From: Podarcis melisellensis
Taxonomy: Eukaryota
Strand: one strand, 5' to 3'
Length of the DNA: 64,000 nucleotides
Assembly: GCA_964234715.1 (NCBI GenBank)
Contig: OZ174289.1
The position numbers and the translations under genes were made by a program. Numbering within the stretch: position 1 is the first letter of the stretch; each line of letters begins with the position of its first letter. Positions 51,496 to 63,448 of this stretch are shown in pieces. Under the pieces are notes generated by a model. That model ran no database searches. It saw only the letters and a program-made list of their open reading frames with translations, and was not told the DNA's origin.

Positions 51496-53104
51496 AAAAT
51501 GGAGCTGCCAGAATGCGGTCATCTCGAACACGCCAAAAGCCGAAATTTCATTAATTAAAAGTAATTAAAGTCATGAATAAAAAAGAATTAATGGATGGAT
51601 GGATGGCTAGGGCTCAGCAACCACAAAGCCAGGGTCCTAGAAAGCCGCCGCCCACGTGGCTGAGAGACATCAGAGCATCATCGCAAGCTCTCAAGCCACG
51701 TGTGCCCCAGAACCCAGGGAAAGTCACAGTCTTACTAAAGAATAGGGCTTCCGTGTAAACATAAAAAGGAGAATGCTGCGAACTCCTATGCATGCTGTGT
51801 ATTTGGGAAGGAGTCTCTTTGAAGCTTACTTCCGAGTACAGCAAGCACCAGGTTGTTGTTTTTTTGGGTCGGGGGCTGAAAGGAAGGCATAATTAGACAG
51901 ACCTCTACCCTCAAAGCCCACAGACTCTAAATAAAAATCAGCATTTAAATACTCGTTCACTTCGGCTATAAAAAAAAATTATGCTACTGCTGCTACACCT
52001 GACTACTTACTACAAATACAAATCCCACTTCAGTCAAGAGTGCTGGTGTTAAACTCACCAGTACCGTACTGAGAAAGAAAAGCAAGTTGATGACCTAGGA
52101 AACAGCAGCTTATTCCAGGCAGCCACTGAATGACTGGAGGTAGCTGGGCATACTTCACTTTATGATGCATAGTCAAAACACAACTTGCATGTAAAATGCT
52201 TCCGACATTCTTTAAAAACATACCTTGCAGCTAATCTCAGCAGGGGCAAAAATAAAGATTTACTTACCAAGTCTGCAAAGTGCTATCTAGGTGTCCCAGG
52301 AGCCACTTCAAATGCTAGATACCTATGCTAATGCCCTGACCTGCATTTGTCAATCTTGATAAAGACAGCCTAGAAAGCAGTTTGCCCCTAGCTTGGCTTT
52401 GGCTTTTACTCTGGAAACTGTTGATTTATGCACATCCAGTCAATCCACAACTGTATGAGCTGCCTACAAGTTGACAATGCGAGCCACTTACTAATCACTT
52501 CAGATTAGGCAACTGGTCCTAACATAAGGTATATAAAAAAAGAACTTGATTCAATAACAGAAAAAACACAAGAAGCAGAAGTATCCTTTAAATCACCTAT
52601 TGTCATTTAATTGTAATTACCTATTGTCATTTAATTCCCACCTGTATATTGATGGTGTCAACTATCTATTCAATAGAAGTGACTGCAGTTTGTTTGTATT
52701 GCTAATGTACTTTCTCCGCTTGCAGTTAGCATAGTTCTGGGATTCATACCCTGCTTTCTCAGCAGAATCTGCAAGTGTTCTCTATTGTTTTCTGGGAGAA
52801 GCTCAACTGGTGAGCATCCCTTGGAATGCTTGCCCACTAGGAAATAAGTGTTAATAAGTGTCCCAATAGTTAAGAGAATGTGGATGTATTCCCCCTTCTT
52901 TCTGGGTATTTCTAATATTCCTCCCTACCCACATCTCTTTTCACTTTTAAGACAGAGTCAATTCCTCAGAGAGAGAAAAATTGTGGTAGTGCCTGTTATT
53001 TCCACAGTCTCTTGTAACTCCAATACTACTTTAACTTTACAAGTCCCCAGGTCATTTCCTGGGCAAGATGGTGTCAAGCAGCAGGGAGTCCTATTAGTGA
53101 CTTG

Positions 53105-56100
53105 CTGGATCATCACCTTGTGGTGAGTGGGCTTCCACATTCCTATGAGCCTTGTGAGCGAAGCCATCAGGAGTCTCATACTCCCAGCAGGGTCACCCAA
53201 GGCGGTAAGGTCAAAGGGGGGGAGCTAGACCAAGAATGATCCAAGAAGTCCTCAACGGCAGAACAGGCGGAAGATACAACGGCTGTGATGGCAGATGAAG
53301 GCTGCATCAGATAAGAATCTACCAGTCGTCGTGATACTCACGCCATCGGAATAGAGCCTTACTGTGAAGACTGTGCGTTGGTCTGCGTGCACTGATCTAG
53401 ACACATAAAACAAATGCATGCACAGGTGTCTTCCAAAACCGCATCCCAAACCCAAACCCCAAAAGTCCCATGGCGATCGGCAAATGGTAACAGGGGCAGG
53501 ACTGTGAAATCTGGAAGGCCCTAGTCATGAACCGGTACATGGGCAGTGGATACAGATTCAGTCGCTCTGACTCAAGGAATGAGACAGTTGAGCATCTTGG
53601 CAGCTGTATCCATGACTGAGCAGCCCTATTTAGGATCCACTCTGTCGGCTCATCCCAAAAAGAGGCTAAAAAAGGTGCCCTAAACATAATCTGCCTCCCT
53701 ATTTCCCTGACTGGATTACAGTGCCCAGTGGGGTCACCCAGCGGTCGTAAAAGAGAATTGAACTTTGGAACATGGAATATATGGACTTTGCTGGATGACA
53801 CAGATGATGAGCATTCTGAACGCTGAACTGCCATCATTGCAAGAGAGCTGCGACGTTTTAACATCAATATTGCAGTGCTTCAAGAAACTCGAAGAGCTGG
53901 TGAGGGACAATTGAAGGACAGAAAGGAGGCTACACTTCTTCTGGAAAGGTCTACCTGAACAAGAACATTGAATACATGGAGCAGGCTTTGCTATCAAAAA
54001 AGAGCTTGTGAAGCTCTTGTCAGAAGTCCCTATCAGCATTAATGAGCAACTTTCAACCCTTCAAATAAGACTCACCATAAACCATCAGGCTACTATTCTA
54101 AGTGCTTATGCACCAACTCTGGATGCCAGTGAAGACATTAAAGATTTTTTTTTTACTCTCAGCTGTATACCATCCTCTCAGAGACACCTAAGGAGGATAA
54201 AGTTATTCTCCTGGGTGATTTTAATGCAAAAGTTGGGCGAGATTTCGATCTGTAGCCTTGGACTATTGGGAAAGAAGGAATTGGCAACAGCAACCAGAAC
54301 AGAATCTTACTTTTGACTATATGTGCAGCACACAACCCTGTTATTACCAACACACTCTTTCAACAACAACAAAGTTTAAAACATCATGGAGGCACCCCAG
54401 TCGAACCACTGGCACCTCTTAGACTATGTAATTGTCCGAGTAGAAGATCGCTGTTATGTGCTCCTTACCAGAGCTGTGATGAGTGCTGACAACTGCTGGA
54501 CAGATCACCGATTAATACACTCCACGATGGCTATCAAGATTATACCACAACGTAGGCTTCAAGGTAGAAATCAAGGTGCAAAACGAACACTCAAGCCCCT
54601 CAAGATTGCTTTGGAGTTCCCTGATAACATTGAGGAACACTGGACCAAGCTAAAAACATCATTTGAACAAACTATTGGATACCAAACCAAGAAACACCAG
54701 GACTGGTTTGATGAGAATAACAGTAAGATTGGACACATTATTGACAAGAAAAAGAAGGCCTTTCAGATCTGGCAAAGAGAAATAAATAAATAAATAATTT
54801 ATACCCCACCCATCTAGTGGGGTTTCCCTGGCCACTCTGGGCATCTCCCAACAGAATATTAAAAACATGATAAAACATATAACATTTAAAAAATTCCTAA
54901 ACAGGGCTGCCTTAAGATGTATTCTAAAAGTCAGATAGCTTTTTATTTCCTTGACAACTATTGGGAGGGCGTTCCACAGGGCGGGCACTACTACTGAAAA
55001 GGCCCTCTGCCTGGCTCCCTGTAACTTCACTTCTCGCAGGGAGGGAACTGCCCTCAGAGCTGGACCTCAGTGAATGATGGGGGTGGAGACACTCCTTCAG
55101 GTATACTGAGCCAAGGCCATCTAAGGCTTTAAAGGTCAGTACCAACACTTTGAATTGTACTGGGAGCCAATGTAGGTCTTTCGGGACTGGTGTTATATGG
55201 TCTCAGCGGCCACTCGCAGTCAGCAGTCTTGGTGCCACATTCTGGATTAGTTGTAGTTTCCAGGTCAGAGTGCATTGCAGTAGTTCAAGCGGGAGATAAC
55301 TAGACCATGCACCACTCTGGAGAGACAGTCTGCAGGCAGGTAGGGTCTCAGCCTGCATACCAGATGGAACTGGTAGGCAGCTGCCCTGGACACAGAACTG
55401 ACCTGTGCCTCCATGGACAGCTGTGAGTCCAAAATGACTCCCAGACTGTGCACATGGTCCTTCATGGGCACAGTTACCCCATTCAGGACCAGGGAGTCCT
55501 CCACACCTGCCCAACCCCTGTCCCCCAAAAAACATTACTTTTGTCTTGTCAAGATTCAGCCTCAATCTGTTAGCCTTCAGACACTCACACAGGACATTCA
55601 CCACCTTCACTGGTGAGGTAGAGCTGGGTATCATCCGCATACTGATGAACACCCAGCCCAAACACCCTGATGATTTCTCCCAGCATCTTCATATAGATGT
55701 TAAAAAGCATGGAGGAGACGACAGAACCCTGAGGCACCCCACAAGAGAGAACCCAGGGGACTGAACACTCAATCCCCAACACCACTTTCTGGACACGGGC
55801 TAGGAAGAAGGAGCAGAACCACTATATAACAGTGCCCCCAGCTCCAAGCTCCTCTAGACGGTCCAGAAGGATGTCAGGGTCAATGGTTTCAAAGGCCAAA
55901 TCTGGGAGAGCTGTGTACAGCTATTAACCAAATGAAACACAACAAAGCCAGCGGAACTGATGGGATACCTGCTGAAATCTTCAAAGTGGGTGGAATTAAA
56001 CTTAAACAACTTCACAAGCTCATCAAAAAAATCTGGGAGAGAGAGGAGATCCCAGCAGACTTTAGGGATGCCAAAATGATCAAAAGGTGACGGAATGGAT

Positions 56101-57667
56101 TGTGGAAACTATCGAGGCATCTCTTTATTAGCAAAATTCTGGCAAGGATCTTAGCAAACCATCTCTTAACAATATCCAAGGCTACCCTTCCTGAATCCCA
56201 AAATGGTTTTAGACCTTCTAGGGGGGGACAGTGGACATGATTTTCACCACTCAACAGCTTCAAGAAAAGTGCAAAGAACAAAACCAGCCCCTGTAAATGG
56301 TGTTTATTGACCTGACTAAGACCTTCGACACTATAAATCTTATTGCCCTTTGGCATTTCCTTCTGAAAATTGGCTGCCAAGATAAATTTGTGAACATCCT
56401 TTGGCTCCTCCATGATGATATGACAGCAACAACAGCAATGGTTCTCAAAGTGAACCATTCACATTAGGACCAGGTGATAAACAGGGTTGTGTTATCGTCC
56501 CAACTCTATTCATTATTTTCATTGCCATGATCCTACACTTTGTCGAAAGGAAACTCCCCACCAGAGTAGAAATCATATATCAAACAGATAGAAAGCTCTT
56601 TAATCTGAGTAGGCTGAAAGCAAATAGTAAGGTTACCTTAACTTCTGTCATAGAGCTTCAGTATGCTTAGAGGATGACCTCCAAACCATCTTAAATATCT
56701 TCACGCAAGCTTACAAAAAGCTTGGCCTGTCATTCAATATCAAAAAAACCAAAATGCTGCGCCAACAAGCACAAAGCAACCCCTCTGCAGTACCACAAAT
56801 CCAACCCAATGGTGTAACGTTGGAAACTGTTGATCACTTCTCCTACCTGGGCAGTTATCTTTCTACAAGGGCCAACATTGATGCCAAAAGCCAACATCAC
56901 CTGAGCTCTCTGAGTTTGGGTCCCCGAACCCCCTGGGTGTGTTCTGCAACATCACCTGAGCTTTCTCCAGATTGAAGTGCAGAGTGTTTGAGGACCGGGA
57001 CAGTTGCAGGGAAACAAAAATGCTTGTACACTACTATTGTACTACCAACTGTATGCTTGTGAAACATGCATCTCTTATAAACACCATCTCCAACTCCTCG
57101 AAAGATTCCATCAACGATGTCTATGAAAAATTCTACACATCACTTGTGAAGACAGGCAAACTAATGCCAGTGTACTGGAAGAAACAAAGATCACCAGTGT
57201 AGAAGCAATGATTGTTCAACATCAACTTCGTTGGACTGGTCATGTTGTTCGGATGCCTGATTATCGTCTTCCAAAGCAACTACTCTATTCCAAACTTAAA
57301 AATGGAAAGCGTAATGCTGGTGATCAACAAAAGAGGTTTAAAGACTCTCTCAAGGCAAATCTTTAAAAAGTAGTATAAACACCGACAACTGGGAAACACT
57401 GGCCTGCGAGTGCTCCAATTGGAGAACAGCCTTTACCAAAGGTGTCATGGGCTTTGAAGACACTTGAATTCAGGACAAAAGGGAGAAACATGCTAAGAGG
57501 AAGGCACGTTTGACAAACCCTCACCATGTTCAACTCCCGCCCAGAAACCTATGTGGAAGGATGTGTGGATCCAGAATTGGCCTCCACAGTCACTTACGGA
57601 CTCACTGTTAAAACCGTGTTCATGGAAGACAATCTTTCTCAGCTACAAGTGATTGCCAAAGAAGAAG
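53105..57667 (+). mobile_element. Near-full-length decayed RTE-clade LINE (endonuclease and RT pseudo-ORF, about 53745-57610)
   Basis: Endonuclease motifs FGTWNI.TLLD, ARELRRFNI.IA.LQETR, SAYAPTL, LGDFNA, HWHLLDYVIV, TDHRLI. RT motifs KASGTDGIPAE, NYRGIS, ESQNGFR, KQGCVI, and ELQYA with the DD lost. C-terminus RIGLHSHLRTH, (AAG)n tail, many stops and frameshifts. Confidence 0.9.
54781..55897 (-). mobile_element. 5'-truncated L2-clade LINE inserted into the RTE element
   Basis: GVPQGSV..MLFNIYM, HQYADDTQLY and LNYCNAL motifs on the minus strand; (TTTA)n tail at 54781. Confidence 0.88.
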
Positions 57668-57923
57668 GCTTTAACTGAAATGAATCAAATAACTCTACCT
57701 ATTATACTTCAGCCCAGTTAATGTTCACATTTTTATTATTACTCCTGTAAGATAGGCTTCAAATAAAATTTCTCTCAGTTGCCTAAGGTGCTAATGATAT
57801 TTCATCTTTCGCAAAATGGGAAAGCATAAGGAGAAGTGTTATAAGCACTGTAATTTCTTTAGTCCCAAACACATAATTAAGAACGCTTGTTGAACTGCAC
57901 TAGGAAAGCTCTGTTGGTTAGAG

Positions 57924-58915
57924 CAGTGGCGCCCAATTAGGGGTCTGGGGATCCCTGGGGGTATGCAGAACACACCCAGGGGGTTCGGGGACCCAAACTA
58001 TATTTTGGGTCATTTTTGCGTGGTAATATCTCAAATTTTATGGTCTGTTTAGCGCTGTGTGATTTTTCAACAAATTGGCCAAAATCGGTTTGGATATCAC
58101 ATTGCGATAACAATTTTGACCCAGCAATGCGCAGCAATATATTGCTCCTCACGCAAGGGAGAGCAGGGCAGCCAGTTTCAAGGCATCGCTGATACCACAT
58201 GATGAACTCAGCCCTTAACACTGCTGATCTGAGCTTGCCTTCCTCATGCTGAGGGAGACAAAGGCAGCCGATAACACTGCAGTCTTCCCTCACACTGAGG
58301 GAAAACAGGGTATCTAACTGTGAGGTGCTGCCTTTCACTCATGCTGACAAACAGAGCAACTGATCGCCTTCAAGGCACCATGGCACTATCTTCCCCTGGC
58401 ATTGAGGTGGAGCAGCTTTTCTCAGTCAGCAAGAAAGCAGCAGCAGCCACAGTGGACATACATCTTAGCTGGCTGCCACTGCTGGCTGTCCCATTGAAGG
58501 GGGCTTGATGCACCACCCATCCCCATCCCATCCCCCTCAAACAATGTGGTGGAGGTGACTCCGCTTCCTCTTCTCCCCACCCCCAAACCCATTCTGATCT
58601 CCATAACTGCTCCTTCCCTCATCCCCACGCCTGATCTGCATGCACCCCACCCACAGGATCTATGTGACTGCTCCTTCCCTCACCCCCAATTTCAGGTATC
58701 AGAATATCGCAAGGTTTAGCAATATGTGTCACAATGTTGAAAACCAGATATCGCTCAGCCCTAGTTTGTTTTTCAGTATACCTAAAATCCTCTGCTTATT
58801 AGGCACTACCCCACATTTTGTTCAGAAAATTGCTTTTTGAAAGTAGGGGGTCCGTGGCTTGGCTTTTGAAAAATAAGGGGGGTCCCCTCAGTAATTAGCT
58901 AATTGGGAACCACTG
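57924..58915. mobile_element. hAT (Charlie-like) element inserted in a tRNA-SINE head, containing a second nested hAT element (58050-58763)
   Basis: TIR cagtggcgcccaatta/taattgggaaccactg with perfect TSD ggttagag. Inner TIR tagcgctgtgtgat/atcgctcagcccta with TSD gtctgttt/gtttgttt. Confidence 0.85.
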
Positions 58916-59569
58916 GGTTAGAGCATGGAGCTGATTACACCAGGGTTGCAGGTTCAATCCCAATACGGGACAGCTGCACATTCCTGTATTGAAGGGGGTT
59001 GGACTAGATGATCCGCAGGATCCCTTCCAACTCTACAGTTCTATGAAACTACTTCCTAATTATGTTGTCTACATTTAGGGTACAAGAGAAGTATTTGTGT
59101 AGCTTCCCAACAATGTTCTCTAGTAACTTTTAAGATCCAACCTATCCTGAGAATCACATTCCAGAACTTCAAAATGAACAATGAATCTGCCACCTATCCT
59201 GTACGTATGATAGGTATCAAAATACTGACTATCAAAACACTGTTTTCCTTTATGTGTTTTGTGGATCTCAGCCCTGGTAAAGCTTAGCTGGGAAAACAGA
59301 ATTGCCAGTTCAACTAATCTGTAGAGATAAAAAGTTTTATGAACTTATGTATTTATGTGTGTGTGTGTGTGTGTGTTTATATTTGAGAGACTCTTATGTG
59401 GTAGCTGTGATAACAGGTACGAGATGGTTCTTAACGCCAAGAGAACTAATTTTTATTCCTACATTTTGCTACCCAGAATCAGAAAACGTAAGAAGAAGCT
59501 CTTCAGTTCTTAGTCTTGTTTTTTTAAAAAAATGATCCCCAGTATTTGGAGGGAGGGTCTCTGCACCCC

Positions 59570-60620
59570 ACAGAAAAGAAAAGCGCGCGGCAACCCAGCC
59601 AGGACCTTGCTTCGCTTTTTCTTTTATCCAAAGGGGTTGGGTCAAATGGTCCCTAATAAACCTCCCCCGTCCCCGCCTTTTTCAGTTGCTTGCCCGGCTC
59701 CTTAGCCGCACCTCCGAAGCGCAATGAACTGCCAGGAAAGGTTGTTCTCACCTGGAGTTTGGCCTCCCGCCTCGGTCATGGCGCCAGCCTCCATCGCTCC
59801 TTAGGGTCTGCAGCCCATCCAAGCACAAAGGAACCGTCTCTAGGAACCATTGCGGGTCACCTTGTAGCAGCACGAGCGCTATATGGTGTTGCGCCCGGAT
59901 GCAGAGGGTGACCGTAGAGATAAAAAGTAATGTAATCTATGTAATATTTGACCCGGGAATATTATAAACGGCATCATTCACACAGAGGTTAAATATATAT
60001 ATAAAGAGAGAGAGTGTGTGTGTATGTATGTGTCTTTATTTTTTAAATGCCACAGAAAACATAAAAACTATCGTTTAGACCCATCAATATAGGATATCAA
60101 ACGCTTGACGGAGGAGTTTGAAAAGAGCGCCGGAAGTGAGGTGAGGGGGCAATAAACACACACACCCTGACGCCACATCCGGCGGAAGGAAAAGGCCTCT
60201 CTGTTGACCGTTGGCGACGCTTCCGCTACTCGAGGCGTCGGAGGACCTCCTGCCGAGGCCATGGCGCCGGTGTCCCGCTCGCGGAGCCCAGAGGAGTCGC
60301 CGCCGCCCTCACGGCGGGATCGGAGCGGCAGCTCAACCAGCCCTTCCCCGCCCAGGTCCAGCCGGAGCAAGAGGTCCCGAGCCCGGTCTCCGTCCCGGTC
60401 TCGGTCCCGCGAGCGCGGTGGTGGCGGCGGCGGGGGGTTCCGTCAGCGGCCCGGCCCGCTTCACCACTTCGGCCACCGCCATGGCCCAGAGCACTACGGC
60501 AAGGAGCAGGAGGAGTCGCTGAGGCAGAGGTACGTGGGGAGGCTTGCCTGATGGCCTCATCCGAGAAACGATCCTGGCGGGGTCTCCCCTCTTGAATATC
60601 TCCCCTTTTGAATATTTCCT
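59570..60620. promoter_or_regulatory. CpG island / probably bidirectional promoter of NKAP, with ETS/GABPA-type site CCGGAAGTG at 60130-60138
   Basis: Two CpG-rich lobes (59570-59920 and 60100-60620) separated by an AT-rich spacer. Confidence 0.75.
60261..60529 (+). CDS. NKAP: NF-kappaB-activating protein, coding exon 1 (RS-rich N-terminus); remaining exons lie beyond the window
   Basis: gaggccATGG Kozak; MAPVSRSRSP...RSRSRSRER...KEQEESLRQ matches recalled human MAPVSGSRSP...KEREESLRQKR; donor AG|GTACGT, phase 2; syntenic with ZBTB33. Confidence 0.92.
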
Positions 60621-62359
60621 CCCTTCCTCCCTTACCTGTTTAATGCGCCGCTTGGTTGAGGCTTGCAAAAAGATAACAGCGCCGAGGCACGTGCCCTCCT
60701 TTATAAACATCGGAAGGTTAAATAAAGTACCAAAAGAGAGAGAGAGGAAAGTTACATGCAAGCTGTGCAGGAAAAGGTGCAGCTTCGGCTGAGGCTTCCC
60801 TTTCCCGCCCCCTCCCCGGGTACCTGTTCCTTTCCCCGCTTTTGCTAGCTGCAGCTACGAAACGGACAACTGTGAAATCAGTGTGGAGGATCTCAAGCCA
60901 GGGATAAGGAACTTGAGGCTCTCTGGATGTAGTTGGCCATGCAGACTGGAAGTTGGTGCCCTGCAACATATGGAACGTCCCATGTTCCCCATCCCCGATC
61001 AATACGAATCAGTGTCCAAGTTTAACCAGTTTCTCATAAAAAGTTAACACAAAGAGTGGTTGTGCCTTTATGTGGTTGTGGTTGTGCCCCAAGTCATTTC
61101 TCTCCCACCCTTTCAGAATGTAGGTATATGGTTAGTTTTGCCATATTTGCAGATCTCTGTTATTCCCTTATTTCTGTATACCAGAGTTGCTGTTAAAAAG
61201 CACAGAAGCAGGGCTGTTTTGGGGTTTTTATGACAATCTAATTCTAAACCATAACAAAACCATTTGTGACATAAGATCTAATATGTTGGCTTTATATGGG
61301 TTCCAATCCTTATTGGGACCAAGTTGCTGACAGCCTACCGCCTTCAGACGTTTTGATCATCTTTGACTTTAGAGCCTGGAATGGGGAAGGAGCATGAGAA
61401 TGAGATCTTCTTGGTGGCAGCACTTTGCCTGTGGCAAGTAGTATTGCAACTCATCCCCTACCCTTGTTATAACAGCTAGAAGGTTATTACTATGACTCCT
61501 AGGCATGGAGGTTTAAGGTGTGATACATAGTGCAGTTTAAACTGATGAAGTGATGGCTAAATTGACTTCAGTCTCAAGCATAAACCCTGTTCATACATGC
61601 ATGGAAGTAGGTTTCATTCAATTCAGAAAGGATTTGCTTTTGAGTACATATGCAAAGGTTAGGTCGGGTAGTGATTTTGATTGGGCAACGTATCACTAAA
61701 TGTTAGCCCATTGATGCAAGCATCTTGTATGTTGATTTTGCTGTTGTGTAACTTTTGTTCTGATTTAAAACAATATCTTTATTTTTATTTATATCTTTTT
61801 TGTACCACTTTATATTCTTAAGGGGGGGGGGAATATCAGAGCAGTTTACACCATATTAATACATCAAGTAAAACAATCCAGAATAAAGTATACATCCAAA
61901 GCAATATAATTAACAGGAAACTTAAATATTATTTTAAAGATTTAAAAATAAAACTTTACTAAAGGAATTCAGATATAAAATGCACATTTAAACCAGCATA
62001 ACTAACAAGAGACTAAAATATTATAACCACATAACGTTGCTACTGCCACTGCTGCTAATCCTTCCAGTGGGGTTTCATGGCAGATAGCAGTAGTGGAAGT
62101 TCAGGCTTGATGACCTGGGTTTGTACTAAGAGACAGCCAAGATGGTCTTTGGCCTCTTCAGAAGCCTCAGCTTTAGTAGCTAGAGTCAGTCAAGGCCCTT
62201 CTCTCCCAGGCCAAGTGGCAAAAGGTGTGCAATGAAGGGAGCAGGTGCCCCAGGACTCACAGTTAAGATGAGCCTTCAATGATCTCACCTCTCTTGTGAC
62301 CTCTGGACATTAATTTGTCTAACCTCTTTAGCGTGTTCAGCACTGCAATGCATCTAAGG

Positions 62360-62554
62360 CAGAGCTCTCCAAATTTTGTGTCGTGACTTGTTAGTGTGTT
62401 GGCTGCAATGCATAGGTGTGTTGTGCAAATACTCCCTGTGCTCCTCTCTGGATTAGTTTAACCTCCGGTTTGCTAGTAAACTGAATTACTGTGTAGTGAA
62501 ATGATGCATGTCAAAAAAACTGTATCACCAATGTGAAATGTTTGGAAAGATCTG
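62360..62554. mobile_element. hAT (Charlie-like) MITE
   Basis: TIR cagagctctccaaa/tttggaaagatctg; TSD atctaagg/atctaggg. Confidence 0.78.
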
Positions 62555-62611
62555 ATCTAGGGAGATTGTTTTCCCTTTCAGAAAAATTCAAATACTGTTA
62601 CTGATAAATTA

Positions 62612-62780
62612 CCGTATTTTTCGCTCTATAACACACACCTGACCATAACACGCACATAGTTTTTAGAGGAGGAAAATCCGTAGGCATGCCCCCCATAGGC
62701 ATTCCCTCCATAACACGCACAGACATTTCCCCTTACTTTCTAGGAGGAAAAAAGTGAGTGTTATGGTGCAAAAAATACGG
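62612..62780. mobile_element. Tc1/mariner (pogo/Tigger-like) MITE
   Basis: TA-ccgtatttttcgctctataacac ... gtgttatggtgcaaaaaatacgg-TA. Confidence 0.8.
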
Positions 62781-63448
62781 TAAGTTGTTTCTTACATTAG
62801 CAGTTCCATTCAGCTGTGAGGAACCTCAGCCCGGGTCCAAACGCAGTCTTCCTGGACTCCCTACATCATGCTCTCCTTCCCAGACACCCAAACTTGCACT
62901 GTTCACACCCTCCTTGCTGGCCTAAATGTATCATTGAACTGTGATAAAGCTTCTTAATTACCCAGTCAGAGAGGTGTGTGTTGTATGTATTAAGGATGGG
63001 CAATACTGTATCTGGTTTTCAACATCACAATATATCACCAGCTAAATATCACAATATCTTCATATAGCACAATATACCAGTATATCTGTGGTGGCGAAGG
63101 ACCTTGCTGGGCCTCCCTGCGGGGTCAGAGAGTCCTGCCATACCTCCCTGCAGCAGTGGAGGGTGCGCAGAGCCGTAGCTAGGTGATCTTGCGCCCCTGG
63201 CAGAACCGTCCAGATTCCGCCCCCTACCCATGGACAAATTATTCTTTCCGCTCTCCTCCAACCTCTCCCTGTTCAATTCCCCCTCTATTTCAAAAGCTTT
63301 TCTTATGAGGCAATAATTGATATTTTTATTTGTAGACATATTTATGGACATATTTGTAGCCGATTTTGCACCTCCCCCTCACCTGCGCCCCTGGCGGGGG
63401 CTCACCTCACCATATCCTAGGTACAGCCCTGAGGGTGCACATTGCTTT

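Noticed and set aside
53105-53310. Possible HDV-like ribozyme at the RTE 5' end
   Set aside because: Such ribozymes are known for some RTE elements, but I could not build a convincing P1-P4 nested pseudoknot by eye; it needs a covariance or descriptor search.
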